This document shows positions 1 to 8,954 of a DNA stretch of 31,110 bases, one piece after another. Location of the stretch: contig JAIFWS010000001.1 of NCBI GenBank assembly GCA_019658985.1, forward strand, positions 1-31,110. Direction: 5' to 3'. How positions within the stretch are numbered: the first letter of the stretch is position 1; each line of letters begins with the position of its first letter. A program made the translations under genes and the position numbers. The notes beneath the pieces were generated by a model, which was given only the letters and a program-made list of their open reading frames with translations, did not search any database and was not told where the DNA came from. The stretch is from Candidatus Parcubacteria bacterium (GTDB lineage: Bacteria; Patescibacteriota; Minisyncoccia; Minisyncoccales; Staskawiczbacteraceae).

Positions 1-153
1 AGGGAAATTCCGTTTTCTGTTAGCAACGACTGGCCATCATGCCCCAAATCCTGCGTCTTGGCATTTTCAGTTGTCTCCGCATGGCGGACAATAATTATTT
101 TCATGGTCTTATTTCTATGCAAAAACGGTCCTCGGACCGCCTTGCATTTAAAA

Positions 154-2280
154 TTAAATATCTAAGTTCTTTACCGACTTGGCGTGAGTTTGGATAAACT
201 TCTTTCTTGGTTCTACTTCTTCTCCCATCAAAATGTCGAATGTGCGGTCGGTTTGATGTGCGTCGTCGATTTCAACTTTGAGCAATAAACGGTTAGCAGG
301 ATTCATGGTTGTTTCCCAAAGCTGTTCGGAATCCATTTCCCCTAAACCTTTATACCGCTGTAAATTAATGCCGGTGGTTTTTTCCATTTTCGCCACCAAG
401 CCGTCTTTTTGTTCTTCAGTATAGGCGTATTGCACAGACTTTCCCTGCTGAATTTTGTACAGTGGCGGCTGGGCGATATAAATGTAGCCGGCCTCCATAA
501 TTGGACGGAAATAGCGATAGAACAATGTCAAAAGCAACGTGCGGATATGGGATCCGTCGACGTCGGCATCGGTCATGATAATAATCCGGTGGTAGCGCAA
601 TTTTTCCAAACTGAAATCCTCCGCCACGGCTGTCCCCAAAGCGATGATAATCGATTTGATTTCTTTTGAGCCGAGCATTTTGTCGAGTCTTGCCCGTTCA
701 ACGTTCAAAATTTTACCCTTCAACGGCAAAATCGCCTGGAATCTCCGGTCGCGGGCCATCTTGGCCGAACCTCCGGCTGAGTCCCCCTCCACAATGTATA
801 ATTCCGATTCTTCCGGATCTTTGCTCAAGCAGTCAGCCAATTTTCCTGGCAGCGCCAAGCCTTCCAAAACCCCTTTACGCAAAACGGTAGCGCGGGCGGC
901 TTTGGCAGCGAGCCGGGCTTTGGTTGCCAACAAACAGTTTTCAATAATCGCACGGGCGTCGGTTGGATTGCGTTCCAAATAATCGGCCAAGGCTTCGTTG
1001 ACGGCGTCTTCGACCGCGCCCTTGGCTTCCGGATTTCCTAATTTAGCTTTGGTCTGTCCTTCAAATTGTGGGTTGCGGATTTTAACGGAAATAACCGCGG
1101 TCAATCCCTCGCGCACATCTTCTCCGGAAAAATTTTCATCTTTTTCTTTTAAGAAATTTTCACGGCGGGCGTAGGCGTTCAAGCAACGGGTTAAGGCTGT
1201 CCGGAATCCCGAAACATGGGTTCCTCCTTCCGGAGTATAAATGTTGTTGGCAAACGACTGCTCAGTGCATTCCATTTCTTGCGTGTACTGGAAAGCGGCT
1301 TCAATGGCCACGTCTTGCTTGGTGGTCGCCAATGAAAAAATATTCTGATGGCGGGGAGTATTTCCCATCACCAAGAATTTCACAAAGCTGCCAACTCCTC
1401 CCTCAAAATAAAAAGTGTAATCGGCTTCTTCGCCTTTTTTGCGTTCATCCCTGAAGCTGATTTTTACGCCGCGGGTCAAATAAGCTTGCTGGCGGACATG
1501 GCCCAAAATCTTTTTTGGATCCCATTTTATTTCCGGGAAAATCTGCGGATCGGCTTCAAAGGTAATGGTTGTTCCGGATTTTTTTGAATCGGATACTTTT
1601 TTCACCTGTCCTTTTGGAACGCCACGGAAGTATTCCTGTTTGTAAATCCCGCCATCGCGGTGGATTTCGGCTTCCATAAATGTGGAAAGCGCGCAAACCA
1701 CCGAAACTCCCACTCCGTGCAAACCTCCCGACACTTTGTACGCATCTCCCCCGAATTTTCCTCCGGCGTGCAGGGTTGTTAAAACAGTTTCTAAAGTAGA
1801 CTTTCCAGTGTCGGGATGTTTTTCTACCGGGATCCCGCGGCCATCGTCGGAAACTGAAACCCGATTGCCCTCCATTAAGGTAATTTGAATACTCTTGGCA
1901 TATCCGGCCATCGCTTCGTCCAAGCAGTTATCCACGATTTCCCAAATCAAGTGATGCAAACCATCAAGTCCCGTAGACCCGATATACATTCCCGGACGCA
2001 GACGGACCGGCTCCAAGCCTTTTAATACTTGGATGTCTTTTGCACCGTATTCGCCCTCCTTGCGGATTTTTTTAGCAGCAATCGCTTCCAATTTTGGAGC
2101 TTCTTTCACCTTCTCTTCAACCACTTCGGGTTTGCGCACGGCTTTGGCCTCCCAAGGTTTGGCCTTGGTAGATTTTTCTTTTTCCGGCAAAGCAATCTCC
2201 GGCTTTTTAGGTTCTTTACCCCGAGCAACCTCGAGGGGCTTTTTTGGCTTTTCCCCTTTTTCTTTAATCGCTATTTTCAT
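154..2280 (-). CDS. gyrB: DNA gyrase subunit B with a K/E/P-rich N-terminal extension
   Basis: GHKL motifs (PVRLRPGMYIGS, EIVDNCLDE, DDGRGIP, GGLHGVGVS), FEGQTKAKLGN, TOPRIM motifs EGDSAGG, PLKGKILNV and DADVDG, and C-terminal RYKGLGEM. Confidence 0.97.
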   Translation of the reverse strand: MKIAIKEKGEKPKKPLEVARGKEPKKPEIALPEKEKSTKAKPWEAKAVRKPEVVEEKVKEAPKLEAIAAKKIRKEGEYGAKDIQVLKGLEPVRLRPGMYIGSTGLDGLHHLIWEIVDNCLDEAMAGYAKSIQITLMEGNRVSVSDDGRGIPVEKHPDTGKSTLETVLTTLHAGGKFGGDAYKVSGGLHGVGVSVVCALSTFMEAEIHRDGGIYKQEYFRGVPKGQVKKVSDSKKSGTTITFEADPQIFPEIKWDPKKILGHVRQQAYLTRGVKISFRDERKKGEEADYTFYFEGGVGSFVKFLVMGNTPRHQNIFSLATTKQDVAIEAAFQYTQEMECTEQSFANNIYTPEGGTHVSGFRTALTRCLNAYARRENFLKEKDENFSGEDVREGLTAVISVKIRNPQFEGQTKAKLGNPEAKGAVEDAVNEALADYLERNPTDARAIIENCLLATKARLAAKAARATVLRKGVLEGLALPGKLADCLSKDPEESELYIVEGDSAGGSAKMARDRRFQAILPLKGKILNVERARLDKMLGSKEIKSIIIALGTAVAEDFSLEKLRYHRIIIMTDADVDGSHIRTLLLTLFYRYFRPIMEAGYIYIAQPPLYKIQQGKSVQYAYTEEQKDGLVAKMEKTTGINLQRYKGLGEMDSEQLWETTMNPANRLLLKVEIDDAHQTDRTFDILMGEEVEPRKKFIQTHAKSVKNLDI

Positions 2281-2294
2281 TTTAAAAAATTTAA

Positions 2295-3434
2295 TTATCT
2301 AATAATAGCATTAAACTCCGCTTTCGTCTTCTCGGTGATCCGGTCATGGATTTTATTTACTTCATCATCGGTCAAGGTTTTTTCAAGCGAGCGATATACA
2401 ATATGGAACGTGTAACTCTTTTTCCCGGCGCCGAATTTTTCGTCGTTTTCGTAGCTATCCATTAATTTCACTTCTTCAATTAGGCCTTCGGCTTCGTCCT
2501 GTACTACTTCGTAATAGTTATTCAGGTTAATTGATTTATCAATGACAAAAGAAATGTCGCGGTTGATCGGCGGATATTTGCTGACTTCCTTATATTTCTG
2601 GTCTAAATTTTTTAACTGTTCTTTGATACGCGAGTCCTGTGACCAGAAAATCCTAATGTCCGGGATTTCCATCTTGGCGATAGCCAATCTTTCTAATCCA
2701 AACCCAAACGCCCAGCCGTGGTAACCTTCAAGACCGAAATTTTTAAGCACGGCTTTTTTCGGCATTCCCCCGCCCAATAACTCCAGCCACTTTCCATTAA
2801 AATCTATTTCTACTTCCAAAGATGGGTCGGTATAAGGGAAGGTGTCAACGTTAAATCTAAACTTTACATCCTGGCCAAAAATACTTTTAACAATCAACGA
2901 CAAGGCATTTTTCAGATCCTCAATCGTAAGTTCTTTTCCCCCATCAGGAATCAAATACAAGCCTCCCATCTGGTGGAAGACGTTCATGTGGCGCTGGTCA
3001 ACTTCGTCTTTTCTATAAACCTTGCCATAGCAAAAAACTCCAAGCTCTTCTTTCTTAGCGATTTTTTCGCGGATCTCGGGATGATTCAAATAGTAATACC
3101 ACATGACGGTGTCATGGGTACGCAGGACATTTTTTTCGTCCAAATAGTAGGTATCGGATTCGCTGCGGGCCGGATGGTCGGCGGCGAAACTGAATAAGTC
3201 AAATAAAATATTGGTTGGGATGACTTCCGGAATAATGATATTGTCGAAATTTTCAAATTCCTTGATCGCTAAAACCCGATCAGCCAGCGCTTTCAATGGA
3301 GAACCCTCAGTCCGGGACAAATCCGGCATCGCCATGACCCGCCTTAGCCTCTCGGCCTTAATATCCTGCCGGGCATTTACCTTGGCAACCAGCGCCTCTT
3401 GCTCTTTGGTGTCTATCGTAATGTTTTTGTGCAT
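2295..3434 (-). CDS. pheS: Single-chain (mitochondrial-type) phenylalanine-tRNA ligase: alpha catalytic core fused to FDX-ACB anticodon-binding domain
   Basis: HPARSESDTYY, LRTH, GKVYRKDEVD..H..VFHQ, FPYTDPSLE, WLELLGGG and GWAFGFGLERLA, followed by KYPPINRDISF...YRSLEKTLTDDEV (FDX-ACB). Confidence 0.92.
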   Translation of the reverse strand: MHKNITIDTKEQEALVAKVNARQDIKAERLRRVMAMPDLSRTEGSPLKALADRVLAIKEFENFDNIIIPEVIPTNILFDLFSFAADHPARSESDTYYLDEKNVLRTHDTVMWYYYLNHPEIREKIAKKEELGVFCYGKVYRKDEVDQRHMNVFHQMGGLYLIPDGGKELTIEDLKNALSLIVKSIFGQDVKFRFNVDTFPYTDPSLEVEIDFNGKWLELLGGGMPKKAVLKNFGLEGYHGWAFGFGLERLAIAKMEIPDIRIFWSQDSRIKEQLKNLDQKYKEVSKYPPINRDISFVIDKSINLNNYYEVVQDEAEGLIEEVKLMDSYENDEKFGAGKKSYTFHIVYRSLEKTLTDDEVNKIHDRITEKTKAEFNAIIR

Positions 3435-3486
3435 ATTATTATTTTATAGTCTCATTTTACTCCAAATCCCTCTAAAAATCAAGACC

Positions 3487-3512
3487 AAAAAAGCCCCCAT
3501 TTGGGACTTTTC
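3487..3512 (-). terminator. Probable intrinsic terminator after the response regulator
   Basis: Minus strand AAAAGTCCC-AAAT-GGGGGCTTTTTT, an imperfect hairpin plus U-tract. Confidence 0.5.
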
Positions 3513-3522
3513 TACAGGAGTA

Positions 3523-3915
3523 TTATTTGCCGGCTTTCTCCAGGATTTCGTTGATCTTCTGGATAACCGTAGCAACCCGCCAGTCTGATTTTATCAAATA
3601 ATGAGAGGGCTTTAATGTAACAATATCCTCCACCAAATCCTCGTTAGTGGCGTTTAGGTTAGTCAAAATAATCACTGGCACCGTTGCCCCCCATTTATCT
3701 TCGCGGATTCTTTTAAATGCCTCCATGCCGCCCATTACCGGCATCAGTAAATCAAGCAAAATCAGGTCCGGGTGTTTTTCCAAAGCCAGCTGAACGCCTT
3801 CCTGTCCGTTTGCCGCTACGATTGAATGGAACTTTCCCAGTTTCAGGGTAGTTAAAACAATCTCACGGATATTCTCATCGTCTTCCACCACTAAAATTGT
3901 TTTTTGTTTTGCCAT
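3523..3915 (-). CDS. Single-domain response regulator (CheY-like receiver)
   Basis: ILVVEDD, DLILLDLLMP (phospho-Asp), VIILTN and YLIK; no output domain. Confidence 0.93.
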   Translation of the reverse strand: MAKQKTILVVEDDENIREIVLTTLKLGKFHSIVAANGQEGVQLALEKHPDLILLDLLMPVMGGMEAFKRIREDKWGATVPVIILTNLNATNEDLVEDIVTLKPSHYLIKSDWRVATVIQKINEILEKAGK

Positions 3916-3920
3916 AATAC

Positions 3921-4000
3921 TAGAATCTAGAATTTAGAAAGTAGAATCTAGAATACGGAACGTTGCGATTCTATTTTCTATTTTCTAACTTCTATGTTCT
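3921..4000. repeat. Head-to-head heptamer tandem repeats, (TAGAANN)x5 then (TTCTANN)x4-5
   Basis: TAGAA at 3921, 3928, 3935, 3942 and 3949; TTCTA at 3969, 3976, 3983 and 3990 (TTCTC at 3997). Confidence 0.9.
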
Positions 4001-4004
4001 CGTT

Positions 4005-4895
4005 TTATTGTTTTGCCTCGTCCCTAAATGAAAAACTCACTTTCTCGCCAAGATATTTTTCATAACCCGCCACTAGTAAAGCGATGACTTTCGACGGATT
4101 ATCCGTTATATCCAAAACGCGGCCGGTTCTCGGATCGATTTGCAAGCCGTTGATATGGGACGCCACCTCAATAGCCGGGTCCCCCACCTTCAGGCGCATC
4201 TGCATAATGGTATCGCTAAGGATTTCAAAAAACACCCTTTTATCGCTAGAAACATTAGAATAATCGAGCGGACTCAAGCGGTTTAATTTCCGGCGCCTCA
4301 AGAAAAGATTGCTTATAATCACGGCTACCAAGACAATCGCGACGGTAATTCCGCCGTAGGTAAGAAAATCAGACTGGAATAATCCGAAAAACTTTTTTTC
4401 GACAATAAACGGAAACTGGGTAGTAGCCGGCACAACCTGGTCTTGATATACCAGCGATGCCCTGGCAATATATTTTCCCGGAGATGCTTCAAAAGGGACC
4501 TGGATGGTTTTTACGAACGTAGCCGTGGTTTCTACGGCGACTGTTTCTGAAGTAGCATAAATCTGTCTGCCAGACTGGTCGAAAATCCCGTAGGTAATTG
4601 TCACATCAACCCGATGGCCGCCGCCAAAATTCAATAACTTAATGGAAATCGGAAGAAGTTCTCCCGGTGCCACTCTCACCGTCAGGCCGGCGCTGGTAGT
4701 TTCAATCTTTGCATTGCGCGTAACATTGGTATCGGGCTGTTGCTGATCTGGAGGAAGCGGTTCATCCGCCAGCGCAACTGAAAAAGCAAGCATGTTCGCT
4801 AAAAACACCGCTAACATAATGCTAAAGGTGACGAGCATATCTGAACGGAGTCTGCGGCGTATTAAAATAAGTCGGCTTCGCGCTAAGCTTTGCAT
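4005..4895 (-). CDS. Hypothetical membrane-anchored protein
   Basis: Hydrophobic signal-like segment, beta-rich (Ig-like?) region, one TM helix (YGGITVAIVLVAVIISNLFL) followed by RRRK. The true start may be a downstream Met. Confidence 0.75.
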   Translation of the reverse strand: MQSLARSRLILIRRRLRSDMLVTFSIMLAVFLANMLAFSVALADEPLPPDQQQPDTNVTRNAKIETTSAGLTVRVAPGELLPISIKLLNFGGGHRVDVTITYGIFDQSGRQIYATSETVAVETTATFVKTIQVPFEASPGKYIARASLVYQDQVVPATTQFPFIVEKKFFGLFQSDFLTYGGITVAIVLVAVIISNLFLRRRKLNRLSPLDYSNVSSDKRVFFEILSDTIMQMRLKVGDPAIEVASHINGLQIDPRTGRVLDITDNPSKVIALLVAGYEKYLGEKVSFSFRDEAKQ

Positions 4896-4974
4896 AGAGA
4901 TTTATCTATTTTACCATAAAACAAAAAACATCAAAATAGCACTGTGCATATCTTGATGAGTTCAGCCCAGAAAG

Positions 4975-5706
4975 TTACATGAAACGGGTAATAATAAAGA
5001 TAAAGAGTGAACCGAGAACCGTCAGCCCTATCAATTTATAGGAGCTGTGCTCTGAATGGGCTTCCGGAAGGATATCCGAAGCTCCAATATAAAGCAAGAA
5101 AACCGAGAAAAATCCCAAGTATAAGAATAAGAAGTATTCAGGCACTGAGAAGAATAAGGTTGAAAGCACGCCCAAGACCGGGGTCAGCGCCGTTACATAT
5201 AAAAATAACTTTGCCTTTTTGTCGGTATTCTTATGATTAAGCATCAGGGCAACGGTATTCATACCGTCCGTAAAGTCATGGGAAATTACCGCGATGGCGA
5301 TTAAAACCCCGATCATGGAATTAACCTGGAACCCGAGCCCGATCGCCACGCCGTCCATAAAACTATGCCCTGCGAGCGCCAATGCGGAGGCTACGCCCAC
5401 ATGAGGGTGCTTGTGGTCAGGAAAATGCTCGTCGGTATGGCTATGGATTAAAATGGTTTTTTCCAGGACATGGAAAACTAAAAATCCCGATACCAGCGCC
5501 ACCATTACCCAGATCGTGGGGAAATTGTAGGTTTTAATCTGCTCGATGATTTCCGGGAAAATATCGAATGCCACAATCCCCAGCAATACGCCGGCGGCAA
5601 ACGCCATAATATAATGTATCTTGCTTTTGAATTTTATAGCAAAAAGCCCCCCTAGAAATGTGGAGGCGAAGGTGACTACCGAGAACAGTAACGGTTCTAT
5701 AATCAT
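4975..5706 (-). CDS. ZIP family divalent metal transporter (ZupT-like)
   Basis: Multi-TM protein with a His-rich loop (HSHTDEHFPDHKH), HSFMDG, HDFTDG and LPEAH motifs. Confidence 0.92.
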   Translation of the reverse strand: MIIEPLLFSVVTFASTFLGGLFAIKFKSKIHYIMAFAAGVLLGIVAFDIFPEIIEQIKTYNFPTIWVMVALVSGFLVFHVLEKTILIHSHTDEHFPDHKHPHVGVASALALAGHSFMDGVAIGLGFQVNSMIGVLIAIAVISHDFTDGMNTVALMLNHKNTDKKAKLFLYVTALTPVLGVLSTLFFSVPEYFLFLYLGFFSVFLLYIGASDILPEAHSEHSSYKLIGLTVLGSLFIFIITRFM

Positions 5707-5752
5707 GGCTTTTGGCTATTATAGCAAAAAACCCGCCAAAAAGCTATCCAGC

Positions 5753-6193
5753 TCAAAAGAGGTTTTTAAACATATAATCATGGTCTTTTTGGGAGAAACC
5801 CAGCGATACGTATAAATTTTTGGAAACCGGGGTCGATGAAGTCAGTTTAATCTGTTTAATGTTCTTGGCCTGGGCAATAAATAATACTTTTTCCATTAGG
5901 GCACGGCCGATTCCCTTTCCCCGGTGATACTCATCAACCACTACTTCCTCAATCCAGGCAATTAATCCTTTGGAAGGGATAACATACCAGGCCAGCCCTC
6001 CAAACGCCACTACCTTCCCTTCTGATTCGGCAACTAAAAATTTGCTGTTGCCGGATACCGCCAGTTTCCTGATCCTCGCCGCCAGGTGCTGGGGATCAAC
6101 AATATTTTTTGTCAGCTGCAAAATTAATTCTGCGGCCTGGCCGGCGTCTTTTTTTTGTAAACTTCGTATTTTAAATTCCATAATTATGAGCAA
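5753..6193 (-). CDS. GNAT family N-acetyltransferase
   Basis: IEEVVVDEYHRGKGIGRALM acetyl-CoA motif A and LYVSLGF. The start is probably MEFKIR. Confidence 0.9.
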   Translation of the reverse strand: MLIIMEFKIRSLQKKDAGQAAELILQLTKNIVDPQHLAARIRKLAVSGNSKFLVAESEGKVVAFGGLAWYVIPSKGLIAWIEEVVVDEYHRGKGIGRALMEKVLFIAQAKNIKQIKLTSSTPVSKNLYVSLGFSQKDHDYMFKNLF

Positions 6194-6268
6194 GGAAGGA
6201 ATAAGAAATCACAGTTTATTATTCCGACCGCGCGATTGATTTCATAAATCGCGGACGATTTATATAAT

Positions 6269-8095
6269 TTACTCTACCGTTACGCTTTTTGCTAAATTAC
6301 GGGGCTTATCAATTTCACATCCCCTCGCAACCGCGACATAATAGGCAAACAGATGCAATGGAATCGTAGCCAGAACCGGCGTGAGCATTTCCAGATTTTC
6401 GGGAATATATATTACATCATCAGCAATTTTTTGGATTTCCCGGTTGCCCTCGGTGGCGATAGCAATCACCTTGCCGCCTCTGGCTCTGATTTGCTGAATC
6501 GTGGAAATATTTTTTTCATAAACTGAATCAGTCGGGACAATGGCAAGGGTTGGAAATTCATTATTAATAAGCGCCAAAGAACCGTGCTTTAACTCCCCGC
6601 CGCGCATGCCTTCTCCATGAACATAGGCCACTTCTTTTAACTTCAAAGCCCCCTCAAGAGCAATGCCATAATTATATTTTCTGCCGATAACGCAAAAATT
6701 AGGGTACTGATGATACCTTCTGGCAATTTCTTCAATACTATTCCTCCGGCCTAAAATTTCCCGGACTTGGGCGGGGAGCTCTGAGAGTTTTCCAACAACA
6801 TCCCTGCCTGCCGGCCCGGATAACTGCCGCTGTCTTCCCAGAAAAAGACTGACGAGCGCCAGCGCTGCCACCTGGGCGGTAAACGTTTTCGTGGAGGCTA
6901 CGGCGATTTCCGGACCGGAATGAGTGTAAACTCCGGCATCCATCTGGCGGGCCAACGTGGAACCGACCACATTAACAATTCCCAAACTCAAACCCTTCCG
7001 CTCTTTCACTTCCTTAAGGGCTGCCAACGTGTCTGCGGTTTCGCCGGATTGGGAAATAAAAATAGAGAGCGTGTGGCCGTCAAACACCGGTTTTCGATAA
7101 CGGAATTCAGAACCGATTTCAACTTCCGTCGGAATACCTCCATATTCTTCGAGCATATATTCACCCACTTGGGCAGCATAAGCCGAACCGCCGCAGGCAA
7201 TAATCTGGATACGGTTAATATCACGCAACTTATCCTGTATGCTTTCCAATCCGCCCAGTTTCACGCCTCCCTCATCCATCAATAATCTGCCGCGCAACAC
7301 ATTTTCCAAGCTGGCCGGGTGCTCCATGATTTCTTTAAGCATGAAGTGCGCGTATCCCGTTTTCTCTGCTTCCTGCAACGTCCATTCGACTTCTGTTGCC
7401 ACTTTATCCTTGGCATTATTCTTCAGATCGGTAATTTTACATCCCTCTCCGGTTACAATGGCAATTTCGCCATCATCCAGAAAAATCATTTTATTAGAAT
7501 GGGAAAGGATGGTGCCAGGATCAGAGGCGATAAATCCTCCATCGTTATTGACTGAAATGACAATTGGGGCAGAAAGACGGGCCACCACGATTTTATCTGG
7601 GTCTTGCTTGGCAATAACGGCGATTCCATACGCTCCCCTTACTTGCGCCAGCGCCTTACCCACTGCCTCTTCTAGATTTCCGGTAAAAAAATGTTCGACG
7701 AGATGAGAGAGCACTTCGGTATCGGTCTCTGAAATAAACCGATGGCCTTTTGCTTGCAGCTCATCTTTAATCTGCTGGTAGTTTTCGATAATCCCATTAT
7801 GGATAACAAAAATATTCTGTTTGCAGTCAGCGTGCGGATGGGCATTTTCTTCGGTGACACCGCCATGCGTTGCCCAACGCGTGTGACCAAGGCCGATTTT
7901 CCCAGGAATATCCATCCCTTGGATTTTTTCTTCCAGCTTCTCCAATTTTCCCGTTGCTTTCACTAACGTAACATTATCATGATCAAAAACCACTACCCCG
8001 CTGGAATCATATCCGCGATAACTTTCATGGCGCAATCCGTCCATGAGGAGCGGCAACGCTTGCTTTTTACCAATGTAGCCGATAATCCCACACAT
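6269..8095 (-). CDS. glmS: Glutamine--fructose-6-phosphate transaminase (isomerizing)
   Basis: The true start is MCGIIG (ATG at 8095, catalytic Cys2). Motifs YRGYDS, GHTRWATHG, HNGIIEN, SQSGETADT, VASTKTF and KPRNLAKSVTVE. Confidence 0.98.
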   Translation of the reverse strand: MCGIIGYIGKKQALPLLMDGLRHESYRGYDSSGVVVFDHDNVTLVKATGKLEKLEEKIQGMDIPGKIGLGHTRWATHGGVTEENAHPHADCKQNIFVIHNGIIENYQQIKDELQAKGHRFISETDTEVLSHLVEHFFTGNLEEAVGKALAQVRGAYGIAVIAKQDPDKIVVARLSAPIVISVNNDGGFIASDPGTILSHSNKMIFLDDGEIAIVTGEGCKITDLKNNAKDKVATEVEWTLQEAEKTGYAHFMLKEIMEHPASLENVLRGRLLMDEGGVKLGGLESIQDKLRDINRIQIIACGGSAYAAQVGEYMLEEYGGIPTEVEIGSEFRYRKPVFDGHTLSIFISQSGETADTLAALKEVKERKGLSLGIVNVVGSTLARQMDAGVYTHSGPEIAVASTKTFTAQVAALALVSLFLGRQRQLSGPAGRDVVGKLSELPAQVREILGRRNSIEEIARRYHQYPNFCVIGRKYNYGIALEGALKLKEVAYVHGEGMRGGELKHGSLALINNEFPTLAIVPTDSVYEKNISTIQQIRARGGKVIAIATEGNREIQKIADDVIYIPENLEMLTPVLATIPLHLFAYYVAVARGCEIDKPRNLAKSVTVE

Positions 8096-8096
8096 A

Positions 8097-8837
8097 TTAT
8101 AATGATTCCCAAATAAAATTAAATAATTGCTGCTGCGTGGCAAACAAAGCCTCGTCCTCGATGATCAGGGCCAAGGGCTGTTTTGATTTAGTCGCGGAAA
8201 CCATGGCCACTTTGCCAGGGTAGATTAAAATGTAGGTCGGTGAACTTTTTTTGACACTCAAGGATTTTTTTTCTGCTAATTCCGCCACCGATCCCTTGTG
8301 GCCAATACCGATTGATTTGATACGGATTTTTCTTTTGATGCGTTGTTTTGTAAAATCGGGAAAAGCTTTGTAAATGTATTCGCGGATGGCTTCGGAAGAA
8401 AAAACGGAATAGTTTTTTTCTTTCGAGGATTCTGTTATTTCTAGCACATCAGATAAGACCGCCTTCAATCCCGCAAAACCTTCATAGTATTTCACCACCG
8501 GTTTATCAGGAGATTTATTAAAGAGCGATGTAAGTTCCGGAATGGCATCCGTCAACTCTTTTTTAACAGATTCAAGATTTTCTATTTTCTGCGCCAGTGT
8601 TTTCTGCAGGGCGGCCGGATTTTCGGCAACAAAAAATTGTTTAGTATCTTTGTGATAGTAACTAACCAAACCGCCTTCTTTTAAAGACTTTAAAATATCA
8701 TAGGTAGTGCCGCGGTTTATCTTACTAAAAGAAGCCAGAGTACGGACCGAAGAAGGGCCCTGTTCCAGCAGGACAAGGTAAATTTTTATTTCCTTGTCCG
8801 AGAAACCCAATTGTTTTAGTATCGGAATAACTTCCAT
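8097..8837 (-). CDS. TrmB family transcriptional regulator
   Basis: LKQLGFSDKEIKIYLVLL...SKINRGTTYDILKSL wHTH and a PLD-like C-terminal region. The likely start is ATG 8837, just below a sigma70 promoter. Confidence 0.9.
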   Translation of the reverse strand: MEVIPILKQLGFSDKEIKIYLVLLEQGPSSVRTLASFSKINRGTTYDILKSLKEGGLVSYYHKDTKQFFVAENPAALQKTLAQKIENLESVKKELTDAIPELTSLFNKSPDKPVVKYYEGFAGLKAVLSDVLEITESSKEKNYSVFSSEAIREYIYKAFPDFTKQRIKRKIRIKSIGIGHKGSVAELAEKKSLSVKKSSPTYILIYPGKVAMVSATKSKQPLALIIEDEALFATQQQLFNFIWESL

Positions 8838-8844
8838 ATCAATC

Positions 8845-8872
8845 ATTATAGTTTATGTGCAGCATCTGTCAA
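8845..8872 (-). promoter_or_regulatory. Sigma70 promoter of the trmB-glmS operon
   Basis: Minus strand TTGACA (8872-8867), 16 nt, TATAAT (8850-8845). Confidence 0.75.
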
Positions 8873-8910
8873 TTTTTTTTCTACAATATTTGTGGATAAT
8901 ATTTTGCAGC

Positions 8911-8940
8911 AATAAAAAATCCCTTCTTTACAAAGGGATT
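8911..8940 (-). terminator. Intrinsic terminator of array 1
   Basis: Minus strand AATCCCTT-TGTAAAG-AAGGGATT-TTTTATT, 15 nt beyond the last repeat. Confidence 0.75.
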
Positions 8941-8954
8941 ATTGAAGCCTTAAC

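Noticed and set aside
8096-8143. ORF-track start of glmS at 8143 and a possible glmS ribozyme
   Set aside because: GlmS needs an N-terminal Cys (MCG at 8095), and the upstream DNA is trmB coding sequence.
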